From contig CAJXNE010000001.1 in assembly GCA_913056285.1 (NCBI GenBank), positions 1 to 41,909 on the forward strand: DNA of 41,909 nucleotides, given 5' to 3'. Below, piece after piece: positions 1 to 8,756 of this stretch (position 1 is its first letter; each line of letters begins with the position of its first letter). The notes under the pieces are model-generated. The model searched no databases and was not told the origin of the DNA. It saw only the letters and a program-made list of their open reading frames with translations. Source of the stretch: an uncultured Zetaproteobacteria bacterium. GTDB taxonomy: Bacteria > Pseudomonadota > Zetaproteobacteria > Mariprofundales > Mariprofundaceae. A program made the position numbers and the translations under genes.

Positions 1-1
1 A

Positions 2-112
2 TTTAGTAGCCCTTCAGCTGCGGCTGGAATCGTGATGGGGCGATCAGCTAATGGTTTGACTGAATGGAAAACGACTTCCGGTCAGATTTTGAAAGCTTTG
101 GAAAAGGGCTGA
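2..112 (+). CDS. 3' end of a DUF4357 (RAMA)-domain protein, truncated by the window edge
   Basis: Hand translation from base 2 gives [36 protein letters not shown]. This matches the FxSPSxAA..V.GRS.NG..EWK pattern of DUF4357, a domain often fused to GIY-YIG nucleases. Not in the ORF track. Confidence 0.75.
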   Translation, partial: FSSPSAAAGIVMGRSANGLTEWKTTSGQILKALEKG

Positions 113-115
113 TTT

Positions 116-733
116 ATGGACGTTCTTTTGGCTCATGGTTCTTCCGATGGCAGGCATGTTGAACAGGTGAAAGCTCTGGCATGCAGGGTGTCCGGTTTGC
201 TGGATGAAGAAATAGGCGCAGCATTTCTGGATGATCATGCCTTGCCGGAGGGGGCAACGGTGTTGCCGCTGTTTCTCGGTCGGGGCAAGCATGTCCGTGA
301 AGATGTTCCCGCCCTGATTGCGGCATCGGGTTGCCGGGTTTTACCTCCATTAGATCATCTTGCTGATACGATTGCGGATATGGCGGTTGGTCAGATGACA
401 AAAGAAACACGCCGTATCAATGCTATGTTTGTGCTCTATCGCTTTGCCGGTTTCGAGAAACTGGCGGCGGCTCTTTATGGCAGGATGAAAATCTGTTCGA
501 AACATGCGCTTGCTTCGCTGCACAGCGAACCTTCAGTGAAAACTGTGCTGATGCACTGGCGGCAGGAGGCCGTCAGCCCCATATCCGTGCAACCGATGTT
601 ATTGTTTGAAGGCAGTAGCATGGACAGAATGCGCACCATGACTGAGGCCTTCGATATTAATATCGCACCGGTATTATCGGAATACGACGGTTTTACCGCG
701 CTGATTGCGGATCAATTTCGGCAGCAATCGTGA
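116..733 (+). CDS. CbiX/SirB-family sirohydrochlorin chelatase-like protein
   Basis: N-terminal LLAHGS and PLFLGRGKHVREDVP motifs of CbiX/SirB; overlaps the cobA start. Confidence 0.75.
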   Translation: MDVLLAHGSSDGRHVEQVKALACRVSGLLDEEIGAAFLDDHALPEGATVLPLFLGRGKHVREDVPALIAASGCRVLPPLDHLADTIADMAVGQMTKETRRINAMFVLYRFAGFEKLAAALYGRMKICSKHALASLHSEPSVKTVLMHWRQEAVSPISVQPMLLFEGSSMDRMRTMTEAFDINIAPVLSEYDGFTALIADQFRQQS

Positions 734-1482
734 AGCTGGATGCGCCCTTGCAGCGCGGCGAAGTGGCATTGGTTGGAGCAGGGCCGGGGGCAGCGGCGCT
801 GTTGACGCTGGCGGCAGCGAAACTGATTGGTGATTGTGATGCGATTGTGTATGACGCGCTGGTGAGCGATGAGGTGATGGCCATGGCCGATGCCTCGGCG
901 GAAAAAATCATGGCCGGCAAACGCGGCGGTCGGGCATCGGCCAGTCAGCATGATATTTGCGAAACGCTGGTTCGCCTGGCTAAAGCAGGTAAACGGGTCG
1001 TTCGCCTCAAGGGCGGCGATCCGTTTGTGTTCGGGCGCGGCGGCGAGGAGGTGCGGACGCTGGCCGTAGAGAGGATTGCATTCCGGATTATTCCGGGCAT
1101 CACATCCGGCATTGCGGCACCGGCCATGGCCGGGATTCCGGTGACCGATCGCTCGGTCAATGCAACGCTGGCATTTTTGACCGGCCATGAAGCCAGCGAG
1201 AAATCGCGTATGGATTGGCGGGCGCTGGTAGAGGCATTTCCAGTGCTGGTCTTCTACATGGGGGCGAGAAACCTGCCGAACATTGCAAAATGCCTGCTTC
1301 ATGCAGGACTTGCGAAACAGACCCCACTGGCCATCATTCGCAATGCGACACTTACCAATGAACAAACCACGGTTGCAACACTATGCGAGGCAGCTGATGG
1401 CAGCATCACCGCCCGGTCGCCATCAATTGTTATTATTGGCGATGTCGTGGCTGAACGAATGAACTGGAAGGATGAACTATGA
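730..1482 (+). CDS. cobA: uroporphyrinogen-III C-methyltransferase
   Basis: LVGAGPG, VVRLKGGDPFVFGRGGEE and IPGITS motifs; GTG start overlapping the upstream stop. Confidence 0.95.
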   Translation: MKLDAPLQRGEVALVGAGPGAAALLTLAAAKLIGDCDAIVYDALVSDEVMAMADASAEKIMAGKRGGRASASQHDICETLVRLAKAGKRVVRLKGGDPFVFGRGGEEVRTLAVERIAFRIIPGITSGIAAPAMAGIPVTDRSVNATLAFLTGHEASEKSRMDWRALVEAFPVLVFYMGARNLPNIAKCLLHAGLAKQTPLAIIRNATLTNEQTTVATLCEAADGSITARSPSIVIIGDVVAERMNWKDEL

Positions 1483-1796
1483 AAAAACCGCCTATGATGC
1501 CTTATAAGCGCCATGCTATTTTTTGCTGTGGTAAAAGCTGTGGCGAGAATATGCCACTACTCAATTATCTGAAAGACAAGGTGATTGAGGCTGGCTTGAC
1601 AGTGGGCGATCCGAATGCGGTGCGCGTTAATCGGGCCGGTTGTCTGGGCGTCTGCGCCGAAGGGCCAATCATGGTCGTGTATCCGGAAGGCGTGTGGTAT
1701 TGCCATCTTGATGAAGCGGGCATTGATCGTATTGTTGAAGAGCATTTCAAAGGCGGCAAGCCTGTCGAAGCGTTGTCATTTTACCACTACGCATAA
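1479..1796 (+). CDS. thioredoxin-like [2Fe-2S] ferredoxin
   Basis: C..C and RAGCLGVCAEGPIMVVYPEGVWY motif; ATGA overlap with cobA. Confidence 0.9.
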   Translation: MKKPPMMPYKRHAIFCCGKSCGENMPLLNYLKDKVIEAGLTVGDPNAVRVNRAGCLGVCAEGPIMVVYPEGVWYCHLDEAGIDRIVEEHFKGGKPVEALSFYHYA

Positions 1797-1868
1797 AGCA
1801 AATACTGGCGCAAGACGATTCGGCTGATTAAGCTAGCCGCGAGGACTGGTTTCCTTCCGGGGTGGAAG

Positions 1869-3872
1869 ATGCGGATTCCTGTATCGATGATTGTGATTTT
1901 TCTGTTCTGGGCGCTTTCGCCTCAGGCGTTTGCCGCCCCGTCATCTGCACAGCAAACATTGTTAAAGCAGCAGCGCATCTGGTTCCATCAGGCGCATCGG
2001 GCGCTGAATAAACATGACATGAAAACGTTTCATCGTTTGCAAGCCAAACTGGCGGATTATCCACTTACCCCCTATCTCAAAATCTGGCAGGCCCGCAAGG
2101 CATTAAAACAGGGCAATGATCGGATTGCCGCAGACACGTTGGTGCGTTTCGCCGATATTCCCGAGTCCAGAAACCTGCGCAGAGCATGGTTCAAAAGTCT
2201 GGCCAAGCGAGGTCGCTGGGCGCATATGGATAATATGATGTCCTACTATCCCAAGCTGGCATCGAGGTATCCGGATACAGCCATGCTGACCAACTGGCAT
2301 GTCGGCAAAAAACAACTGGCGATCAATCAGTTTTCCGAACGCTGGCAAAAGGGAAAAAAGTTTCCCGTTGCATACGGGCTGCTGCAAAAGGCATGGACGA
2401 CGCAGGGACACCCCACCGCGAGCGAACGCTGGAACCTGATTAGTCGTCTGGCCCGGCAAGGTAAATGGAAACAGGCTCGCAAACTCGCAAGGCCACTCCC
2501 CAAAAAACAGCGCCATTGGTTGACATACTGGCGCAATGTCCAGAAATCGCCGGAAAAGGCATTGCAACATTGGCCGGCATCAATCCCGCCTGTGCAAGCG
2601 GCCATGATCATCAGCGATGGCATCAAACGCCTGTCCCGCAGCGATGCAGGCAAAGCATGGGCGCTGTTGAAGCAGTTGGAAGCATTGGATGGACAACATA
2701 TCAACGGCGATTACCTGGCTAAACTGGAGCGATTTACTGCGCTCAGAGCCGCAAGACAGCATAAGCCGGAAGCCGCCCAATGGCTGGCCTCGCTGGATAA
2801 ATCCGTACAAAATGAGGACACACGCGGCTGGCGCAATCGGATGTGCATTCTCCAACATGATTGGCAGGCAACCCTTGAAGCGATTGCAGCCATGCCTGAA
2901 CAAGAACAGCAGCAGAGCCGCTGGATTTACTGGTCGGCGCGTGCGGCCGATGCTATCGGCGAGCCGGAAGCGGCCAGATTTCTGTTTGCCAAGCTGGCCG
3001 GGGAGCGTGGTTATTACAGTTTTTTAAGCGCTGAACGACTGGGTCAGCCATTCCAGTTTAATGCATCCGGCATCACAGCCTCGGATGCCATGATTGCATC
3101 CATCGAACAACAAGCCGGCGTGCAGCGTGCCTATGAATGGTTGAAGCTGGGTAAGCGCAGTAAAGCCGCGCGTGAATGGCATCATGCACTGGCCGGGGCT
3201 AATCCGGAGAGATGGCAAGCTGCAGCGATACTGGCATCACGCTGGCAATGGTATGATCAGGTGATCCGCGCTGCATTCAAAGCCAATAAACTCGATGCCA
3301 TGCAAGATCGTTTCCCCATTGCTTTCGAAAAATCTGTGATGAAAGCCGCCAAAGAAACCGGTCTGAAACCGGCTTCGATCTGGAGCATTATCCGGCAGGA
3401 GTCCGCTTTCAATCAGCATGCCGTTTCCTATGTTGGCGCTAAAGGATTGATGCAACTGATGCCTAAGACAGCGCGAAAAGTCGCGCGTAAATTGGGTATG
3501 GGCAAGGGCAGGCCGAGACTATTTTCTCCCTCAGTGAATATCCGTCTTGGCGCCACATACCTAGCTACACAGAAGAGCCGATTCGGCAATCTGGCTTTGG
3601 CTTCGGCGGCCTATAATGCCGGGCCACATCGGGTTTCACGCTGGCTGAAACGTATGCCATTTGATGATCCCGAAGCATGGGTGGAAGCCATTCCGTTCAA
3701 TGAAACGCGCCGCTATGTGCAACAGGTTATGGCATTTGTTTCCGTCTATGAATGGCGACAAAAGAAACCGTCGACCAGCCTGATTGCCCGTCTGCATGAG
3801 CAGATACAACAAGTCAGCATGAATGATGATGCTCTGAAAAAGCCTGCTTTAGTCAGGGGTGGCAATCCATGA
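1869..3872 (+). CDS. slt: soluble lytic murein transglycosylase (Slt70-like)
   Basis: Signal peptide, long helical N-region and SLT domain motifs IRQES, GLMQLMP, AYNAGP, IPFNETRRYV. Confidence 0.93.
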   Translation: MRIPVSMIVIFLFWALSPQAFAAPSSAQQTLLKQQRIWFHQAHRALNKHDMKTFHRLQAKLADYPLTPYLKIWQARKALKQGNDRIAADTLVRFADIPESRNLRRAWFKSLAKRGRWAHMDNMMSYYPKLASRYPDTAMLTNWHVGKKQLAINQFSERWQKGKKFPVAYGLLQKAWTTQGHPTASERWNLISRLARQGKWKQARKLARPLPKKQRHWLTYWRNVQKSPEKALQHWPASIPPVQAAMIISDGIKRLSRSDAGKAWALLKQLEALDGQHINGDYLAKLERFTALRAARQHKPEAAQWLASLDKSVQNEDTRGWRNRMCILQHDWQATLEAIAAMPEQEQQQSRWIYWSARAADAIGEPEAARFLFAKLAGERGYYSFLSAERLGQPFQFNASGITASDAMIASIEQQAGVQRAYEWLKLGKRSKAAREWHHALAGANPERWQAAAILASRWQWYDQVIRAAFKANKLDAMQDRFPIAFEKSVMKAAKETGLKPASIWSIIRQESAFNQHAVSYVGAKGLMQLMPKTARKVARKLGMGKGRPRLFSPSVNIRLGATYLATQKSRFGNLALASAAYNAGPHRVSRWLKRMPFDDPEAWVEAIPFNETRRYVQQVMAFVSVYEWRQKKPSTSLIARLHEQIQQVSMNDDALKKPALVRGGNP

Positions 3873-3920
3873 GTTCGAGAGCTAGATTGCGCGACCAATT
3901 TTGAGTGAGAGGTATTATTC

Positions 3921-4265
3921 ATGGCATTTGTTGTCACCCAGTTATGTAAAGATTGCGTCGATACCGCCTGTGTCGCTGTTTGCCCGGTAGACTGCTTTTA
4001 TCAGCCCAAAGACGTTAGCGATGAAACACCGAACCTGCTGTATATCTCTCCGGAAGAATGCATTGATTGCGCCGTTTGCGAGCCGGAATGCCCATGGGAA
4101 GCCATTTATCCTGAAGAAGATGTGCCGGAAGTGTTTGAGTCGGATATCGAACTGAACGAACTTTGCGACACGGAGCGTGACAGCTTCGTACTGGCTGAAG
4201 TGAACGATCATGAACCGCCATCAGCTGAGGAAGTGGCCCAGAACAAGGCCAAATACGGCCTGTAA
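3921..4265 (+). CDS. fdxA: 7Fe-type ([3Fe-4S]/[4Fe-4S]) ferredoxin
   Basis: [18 protein letters not shown] and [12 protein letters not shown] motifs, as in Azotobacter FdI; GAGG RBS upstream. Confidence 0.88.
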   Translation: MAFVVTQLCKDCVDTACVAVCPVDCFYQPKDVSDETPNLLYISPEECIDCAVCEPECPWEAIYPEEDVPEVFESDIELNELCDTERDSFVLAEVNDHEPPSAEEVAQNKAKYGL

Positions 4266-4288
4266 TCGTTTCAGGCTTTAAACATATT

Positions 4289-4325
4289 AAGCGCATGTGC
4301 GGCGAGTCGCACATGCGCTTTTTTT
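4289..4325 (+). terminator. rho-independent terminator after fdxA
   Basis: Stem aagcgcatgtgcg / cgcacatgcgctt running into a T-tract. Confidence 0.9.
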
Positions 4326-4331
4326 ATCACG

Positions 4332-5396
4332 ATGAATCACCCCGCCCATAAAACGCCTCTCAACGGCCTGACTTACGAACAACTGGTTGAACTCTGTCAT
4401 CGCATCGGGGTGAAACCGGTGCATGCCGAACGCTTGCTGGCATCAATTTTCCGGCGTTATAACACGGACATTGGCGCTATTACAGAGCTGCCAGCCGCCC
4501 TGCGCAACTATCTGAGTGAATGCACGTCCATCTTTGTGCCGGAATGCACGGCCAGTCAACAGGCTGCCGACGGCACGCAAAAACTGCTGCTGGGCATGCC
4601 CGATGGTAAAGAGGTGGAGACTGTTCTAATTCAGGGCTCGGGCCGATTGACCCAGTGCATCTCCACACAGGTCGGTTGTGCGGTGGGTTGCACATTCTGC
4701 CTGACTGCCACGGCCGGTTTGACGCGCAACCTGAGTGCCGCTGAAATGGTCTCCGAAGTGTTTGCCGGACAACACATCAGTGGCCGCAAAGTGCGCAATC
4801 TGGTCTTGATGGGCATGGGTGAGCCGCTGCATAATTACAATGCCGTGGCGCAATTCGTTCGCATCGCCACCGACCCGAAAGGCATGGCCTTCTCGCCCAA
4901 TCGCGTCACCCTCTCGACTTCCGGTCTGGTGCCTGCGATGTATCGCATGATTGACGATGAATTACCATGCAACCTGGCTGTGTCGCTCAATGCCACCACC
5001 GATGCGGTACGCGAGCGCATCATGCCAATCAACCGCAAATATCCAATTGCCGCGCTGATGAAGGCTGTTCGCGCTTATATTACTGCCAGAGGCAATAAAC
5101 GGGTGTTAATTGAATACGTCTTGCTGGCCGGAGTGAATGACAGTGCGGATGATGCCGTGCGTTTATGCGAATTGCTCGACGGGCTCGATTGCACGGTGAA
5201 TCTGCTGCCCTTTAATCCCTTCCCCGGCAGTGATTTCAAACGCCCGGATGATGCCATTGTCACGGCCTTCCGTTCCGCACTGGCAAGCGCAGGCAAGGTT
5301 GTCGTGGTACGCGAATCCAAAGGTCGTGAAATCTCCGCCGCCTGCGGACAGTTAAAAACAGAAACAAAGCAGCAGCACTTGCGCACAGGCGGTTAA
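4332..5396 (+). CDS. rlmN: 23S rRNA/tRNA m2A methyltransferase (radical SAM)
   Basis: CISTQVGCAVGCTFC, MGMGEP and ISAACGQL motifs. Confidence 0.96.
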   Translation: MNHPAHKTPLNGLTYEQLVELCHRIGVKPVHAERLLASIFRRYNTDIGAITELPAALRNYLSECTSIFVPECTASQQAADGTQKLLLGMPDGKEVETVLIQGSGRLTQCISTQVGCAVGCTFCLTATAGLTRNLSAAEMVSEVFAGQHISGRKVRNLVLMGMGEPLHNYNAVAQFVRIATDPKGMAFSPNRVTLSTSGLVPAMYRMIDDELPCNLAVSLNATTDAVRERIMPINRKYPIAALMKAVRAYITARGNKRVLIEYVLLAGVNDSADDAVRLCELLDGLDCTVNLLPFNPFPGSDFKRPDDAIVTAFRSALASAGKVVVVRESKGREISAACGQLKTETKQQHLRTGG

Positions 5397-5482
5397 ATAT
5401 GGCTGTAGGGATTTACGCTATCAACAATATCGTCTAGCGTAAGAGGTCAGCAGAATGTAAAACATGATCGAAGTGAGGCGCT

Positions 5483-6355
5483 ATGATTACAGGCAGTTGC
5501 ACCTGTGGACAGGTCAGATATGAAATTCGTGGCCCAATGGGGGCGATTACCCATTGTCACTGCCCGACCTGCCGTAAAGCGCACGCGAGCGCTTTTTCTT
5601 CCGTGTCACGGGTAGGGCTGGATGACCTTGTGTTCACGGCAGGACGGCAACTGCTGAAATCCTATGCGTCATCTCCGGGTAAAAAAAGATATTTCTGTTC
5701 CAATTGCGGTTCGCACATTTATGCCCGGCGTGAGGATCAAAATCATTATCTCTTCCGTATGGGTACGATAGATGGCGATCCGGGCGTGCGCCCGGCGCAA
5801 CATATTTTTACAGCCTATCAAGCACCCTGGTACAATATTCACGATCATATTCCTGAATATCCCGAGTGGCCCCCGAACCCATCCACGGATAGGGCTTCAA
5901 GTACTGAACGAAATGAACAGTTTTTCACGGCCATGCAGCTGATGTTGACCGAGGCAATCAGGCACGATACAGCTTCATCGTTGCTGCTGTTTGCATTGCA
6001 CGGAGACGCACAGCAGCATCTATCCGGCATATTACTGCACGAAATCCGCAGCAATATCCGCGGCTCTGATACTGTTGAAAGACTCGGCGAATCTGAATAT
6101 GCCGTATTGCTGCCTTATACAGACACTGCCGCATCGATGGTGCTGACTGAACGCATTTTAAACGCGATGAGAAGTAAATCTGCCGATGATGTATTCAGTA
6201 TCGGCGCAGCTACCATACATCCGGATCAGTTAAGCAGCACCACGATAACACAGAATATTCAGCACATTATGTCCATGGCGAATACAGCCGTGAATCATGC
6301 CATGCAAAAACCGGGCACCTATCCTGCGGCCAACCATTTTGACCGGCTAGATTAG
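5483..6355 (+). CDS. GFA (CENP-V) Zn-binding domain fused to a degenerate GGDEF-like domain
   Basis: N-terminus GSCTCG...HCHCPTCRK...RYFCSNCGS (GFA); C-terminus IRGSDTVERLGESEYAVLLP...FSIGAA (GGDEF fold with a degenerate active site); GAGG RBS. Confidence 0.8.
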   Translation: MITGSCTCGQVRYEIRGPMGAITHCHCPTCRKAHASAFSSVSRVGLDDLVFTAGRQLLKSYASSPGKKRYFCSNCGSHIYARREDQNHYLFRMGTIDGDPGVRPAQHIFTAYQAPWYNIHDHIPEYPEWPPNPSTDRASSTERNEQFFTAMQLMLTEAIRHDTASSLLLFALHGDAQQHLSGILLHEIRSNIRGSDTVERLGESEYAVLLPYTDTAASMVLTERILNAMRSKSADDVFSIGAATIHPDQLSSTTITQNIQHIMSMANTAVNHAMQKPGTYPAANHFDRLD

Positions 6356-6389
6356 CCCATCCATGCCTTATGGCATCATGGCGCAATCA

Positions 6390-6543
6390 TCATAGCGCCA
6401 GTTGAAGTAGTCTGACGTGCGCCAGCGAACGCCTGAAATGCAGCCAGTCCCATTGCTTGCCCGGATCCCATTTGCGGCCCGGTGCAATATCCTGATGGCC
6501 GAGAATGCGATCAGATGAAATGGCCGGATAGTCTTGTATCAGG
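6390..6543 (-). pseudogene. ampD: 3' fragment of a second, divergent ampD allele
   Basis: 6418-6542 aligns without gaps to 7226-7350 (16 mismatches in 125 bp by hand count, with a 54-bp identical run). Reads LIQDYPAISSDRILGHQDIAPGRKWDPGKQWDWLHFRRSLAHVRLLQLAL*. Confidence 0.92.
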
Positions 6544-6688
6544 AGGCAAGGTTGTCGTGGTGCGCGAATCCAAAGGCCGTGAAATTTCCGACACCTGTGG
6601 ACAATTGAAAACGGAGACTGTCACAAGGCGACAGCCCGATCACACCGGTTCATGTAGCGACTCAAGTTGCGTTATAACGCCCAAATAA
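6544..6688 (+). pseudogene. rlmN: 3' fragment of a second, divergent rlmN allele
   Basis: 6544-6619 aligns to 5291-5366 (11 mismatches, 9 synonymous). Reads GKVVVVRESKGREISDTCGQLKTET followed by a different C-terminal tail. Confidence 0.92.
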
Positions 6689-6694
6689 CGCGGA

Positions 6695-7198
6695 TTATTG
6701 ATTCGTACGCTGTAATGTGATTTCCACTCGCCGGTTCTGATCCAGACAATGCCTTGAATTGCCTCTACATAGCGGATTCTCTTCACCGTTTCCGATCACT
6801 ACGATATCGCGTTGGCTGACGCCGTTCGACTCCAAATAATCCCGAGCTTCGCTGCTCATGCGTGCTGATAATGCCAGGTTATATGCGCGCGGGCCTGTTT
6901 TGTCGGTATAACCGTCCAGCTCAATGCTCATATGCACGCCCGCTGCCTTTCGATCAAGATAATAATGCGCATATTGTTGTAATATTGCTTTCGCCGATAC
7001 GCTCAGGGCGCGCCAGTTGCGGGCAAAGTGAATCACGTTTTTAGCTGGTGGGGAAACTGCCTTATGCGTCACTGATCTGTGGAATTTGATCAGCGATTCA
7101 GACGCATCTGCTGTAGTAACAATAAGAGTCAGCATACCTGCCATCATCAAGAGCAGCATCATTTTTTGCCTTGCCATCGAATAACGAACCTGATTCAT
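6695..7198 (-). CDS. exported OmpA C-terminal-like peptidoglycan-binding protein
   Basis: Signal peptide; DGYTDKTGPRAYNLALSARM and NRRVEI OmpA-like motifs; ATGA overlap with the ampD stop. Confidence 0.88.
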   Translation of the reverse strand: MNQVRYSMARQKMMLLLMMAGMLTLIVTTADASESLIKFHRSVTHKAVSPPAKNVIHFARNWRALSVSAKAILQQYAHYYLDRKAAGVHMSIELDGYTDKTGPRAYNLALSARMSSEARDYLESNGVSQRDIVVIGNGEENPLCRGNSRHCLDQNRRVEITLQRTNQ

Positions 7199-7737
7199 GT
7201 GATGACCAGTTCTCCTTGCTGAATATGCGCCAGCGAACGCCTAAAGTGCGACCAGTCCCATTGCTTGCCCGGATCCCATTTGCGGCCCGGTGCAATATCC
7301 TGATGTCCGACGATGCGTTGCGGGGAAATGGCCGGATAACGCTGTATCAGCGTTTTGCACAATCGTGCGGTTTCACGATATTGGTGTACGGTAAATGGGT
7401 GGTTTTCATCGCCGATCATTTCGATACCGATAGCAAAGTCGTTGCAGCCGCTCCGGCCTTCCCACTCGGAAATTCCGGCATGCCAGGCTCGCTCGCAGCA
7501 AGCCACAAACTGCGTGATTTCTCCTTTGCGATCAACCACAAAATGGGATGAAACCTTCAAGCCCTTCAACGATTGAAAATCCGGATGCACAGCACAATTC
7601 AGCTGCCCCATGAATAAATCATCAATATATTGCGGCTCGAATTGTCCCGCCGGCAGGCTAATCGCGTGCAACACAATCAAGTCAATTGCCATGCCTTTCG
7701 GGCGTGCATTCTGATGGGGTGAATGAAGTTTGCGCAT
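7195..7737 (-). CDS. ampD: 1,6-anhydro-N-acetylmuramyl-L-alanine amidase
   Basis: LIVLHAISLP, VSSHF, RAWHAG and GHQDIAPGRKWDPG motifs. Start placed at ATG 7737 (MRKLHSPHQNARP) rather than the track's upstream codon. Confidence 0.93.
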   Translation of the reverse strand: MRKLHSPHQNARPKGMAIDLIVLHAISLPAGQFEPQYIDDLFMGQLNCAVHPDFQSLKGLKVSSHFVVDRKGEITQFVACCERAWHAGISEWEGRSGCNDFAIGIEMIGDENHPFTVHQYRETARLCKTLIQRYPAISPQRIVGHQDIAPGRKWDPGKQWDWSHFRRSLAHIQQGELVIT

Positions 7738-7743
7738 GGCCTT

Positions 7744-7772
7744 ATCATGGTGAGGAAATCCCTGTGGCACAA
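7744..7772 (-). promoter_or_regulatory. putative sigma70 promoter of ampD (candidate leaderless)
   Basis: Minus strand TTGTGC-N17-CATGAT-N6-ATG with no SD sequence. Confidence 0.5.
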
Positions 7773-7859
7773 GCCGCGCCATCCCACCTAACGTCTCAGA
7801 CCTCACCCACTCACGTTTTTTTAGTTTTATTCAAACGTCATTTTGGTCACAATTGCACC

Positions 7860-8756
7860 ATGAGTAGCCACAATGCAAAACTGATGCGATGGGCAACCTA
7901 TGCTTCCATGAGCGTAGCCATCATATTGATTCTGACCAAGGTTGTGGCATGGATCATGACTGGCTCGGTTAGCCTGATGGCTACGCTGATCGATTCATGC
8001 CTCGATGCGCTGGCCTCGCTGGTTAACCTGATTGCTGTACGCCATGCCCTGGCTCCGGCGGATAAACAGCACCGTTTCGGCCATGGCAAGGCGGAAGCGC
8101 TGGCTGGGCTAGGGCAGGCAACATTCATTACCGGATCTGCCCTGTTTCTGGTATTGGAGTCAATTTCTCATCTCTGGAACCCGCAGCCGATCAGCGCCAT
8201 GAATATTGGCATTGGCGTGATGATTATTTCTATCCTTGCCACCCTCGGGCTGCTGATGTTTCAGAAACATGTCATCAGCAAAACCGGTTCAACGGCGATC
8301 AAGGCCGACCATCTGCACTACAAAACCGATCTGCTGGTCAATGGCAGCGTTATTGTTGCGCTGCTGTTAGCCTCTTACGGCTGGCCGGGATTTGATCCCG
8401 TGTTCGCACTGGGCATTGCCGCTTATATTTTGTACAGCGCCTGGGAGATTGCCCGCGAATCGCTGGATCTGCTCATGGATCGTGAATTGCCCGCAGAGGA
8501 TCGCGCAAAAATCAAGGCGCTTGCCCGCAATCACCCGCAAACGCGCGGCATGCATGATCTGCGCACCCGCAAATCCGGCACGACTATGTTTATTCAACTA
8601 CATCTAGAGCTTGATGATCAATTAACCTTGCTACAGGCGCATGCGATTGCCGATGATGTGGAGGATCGTATCCGGGCAGAATACCCCGATGCAGAAGTGA
8701 TCATTCATGAAGATCCGGCCGGCCTGAATGAGCCAATGCCGACGTTTGTCGAATGA
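7860..8756 (+). CDS. fieF: cation diffusion facilitator, FieF-like
   Basis: DSCLD, HRFGHGKAEALA, ADHLHYKTD, HDLRTR and IIHEDP motifs; start at ATG 7860. Confidence 0.9.
   Translation: MSSHNAKLMRWATYASMSVAIILILTKVVAWIMTGSVSLMATLIDSCLDALASLVNLIAVRHALAPADKQHRFGHGKAEALAGLGQATFITGSALFLVLESISHLWNPQPISAMNIGIGVMIISILATLGLLMFQKHVISKTGSTAIKADHLHYKTDLLVNGSVIVALLLASYGWPGFDPVFALGIAAYILYSAWEIARESLDLLMDRELPAEDRAKIKALARNHPQTRGMHDLRTRKSGTTMFIQLHLELDDQLTLLQAHAIADDVEDRIRAEYPDAEVIIHEDPAGLNEPMPTFVE

Noticed and set aside
6482-6688. 68-aa ORF in the track
   Set aside because: It is a chance chimera of antisense ampD' sequence and the rlmN' tail. It has no RBS and is better described as two fragments.
7686-7859. 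N-terminal extensions of fieF in the track, and likewise ampD, secA, hpnA, the cupredoxin and the 16905 lipoprotein
   Set aside because: They overlap neighbouring genes or regulatory DNA. Downstream starts fit family N-termini and RBS, promoter or coupling signals.
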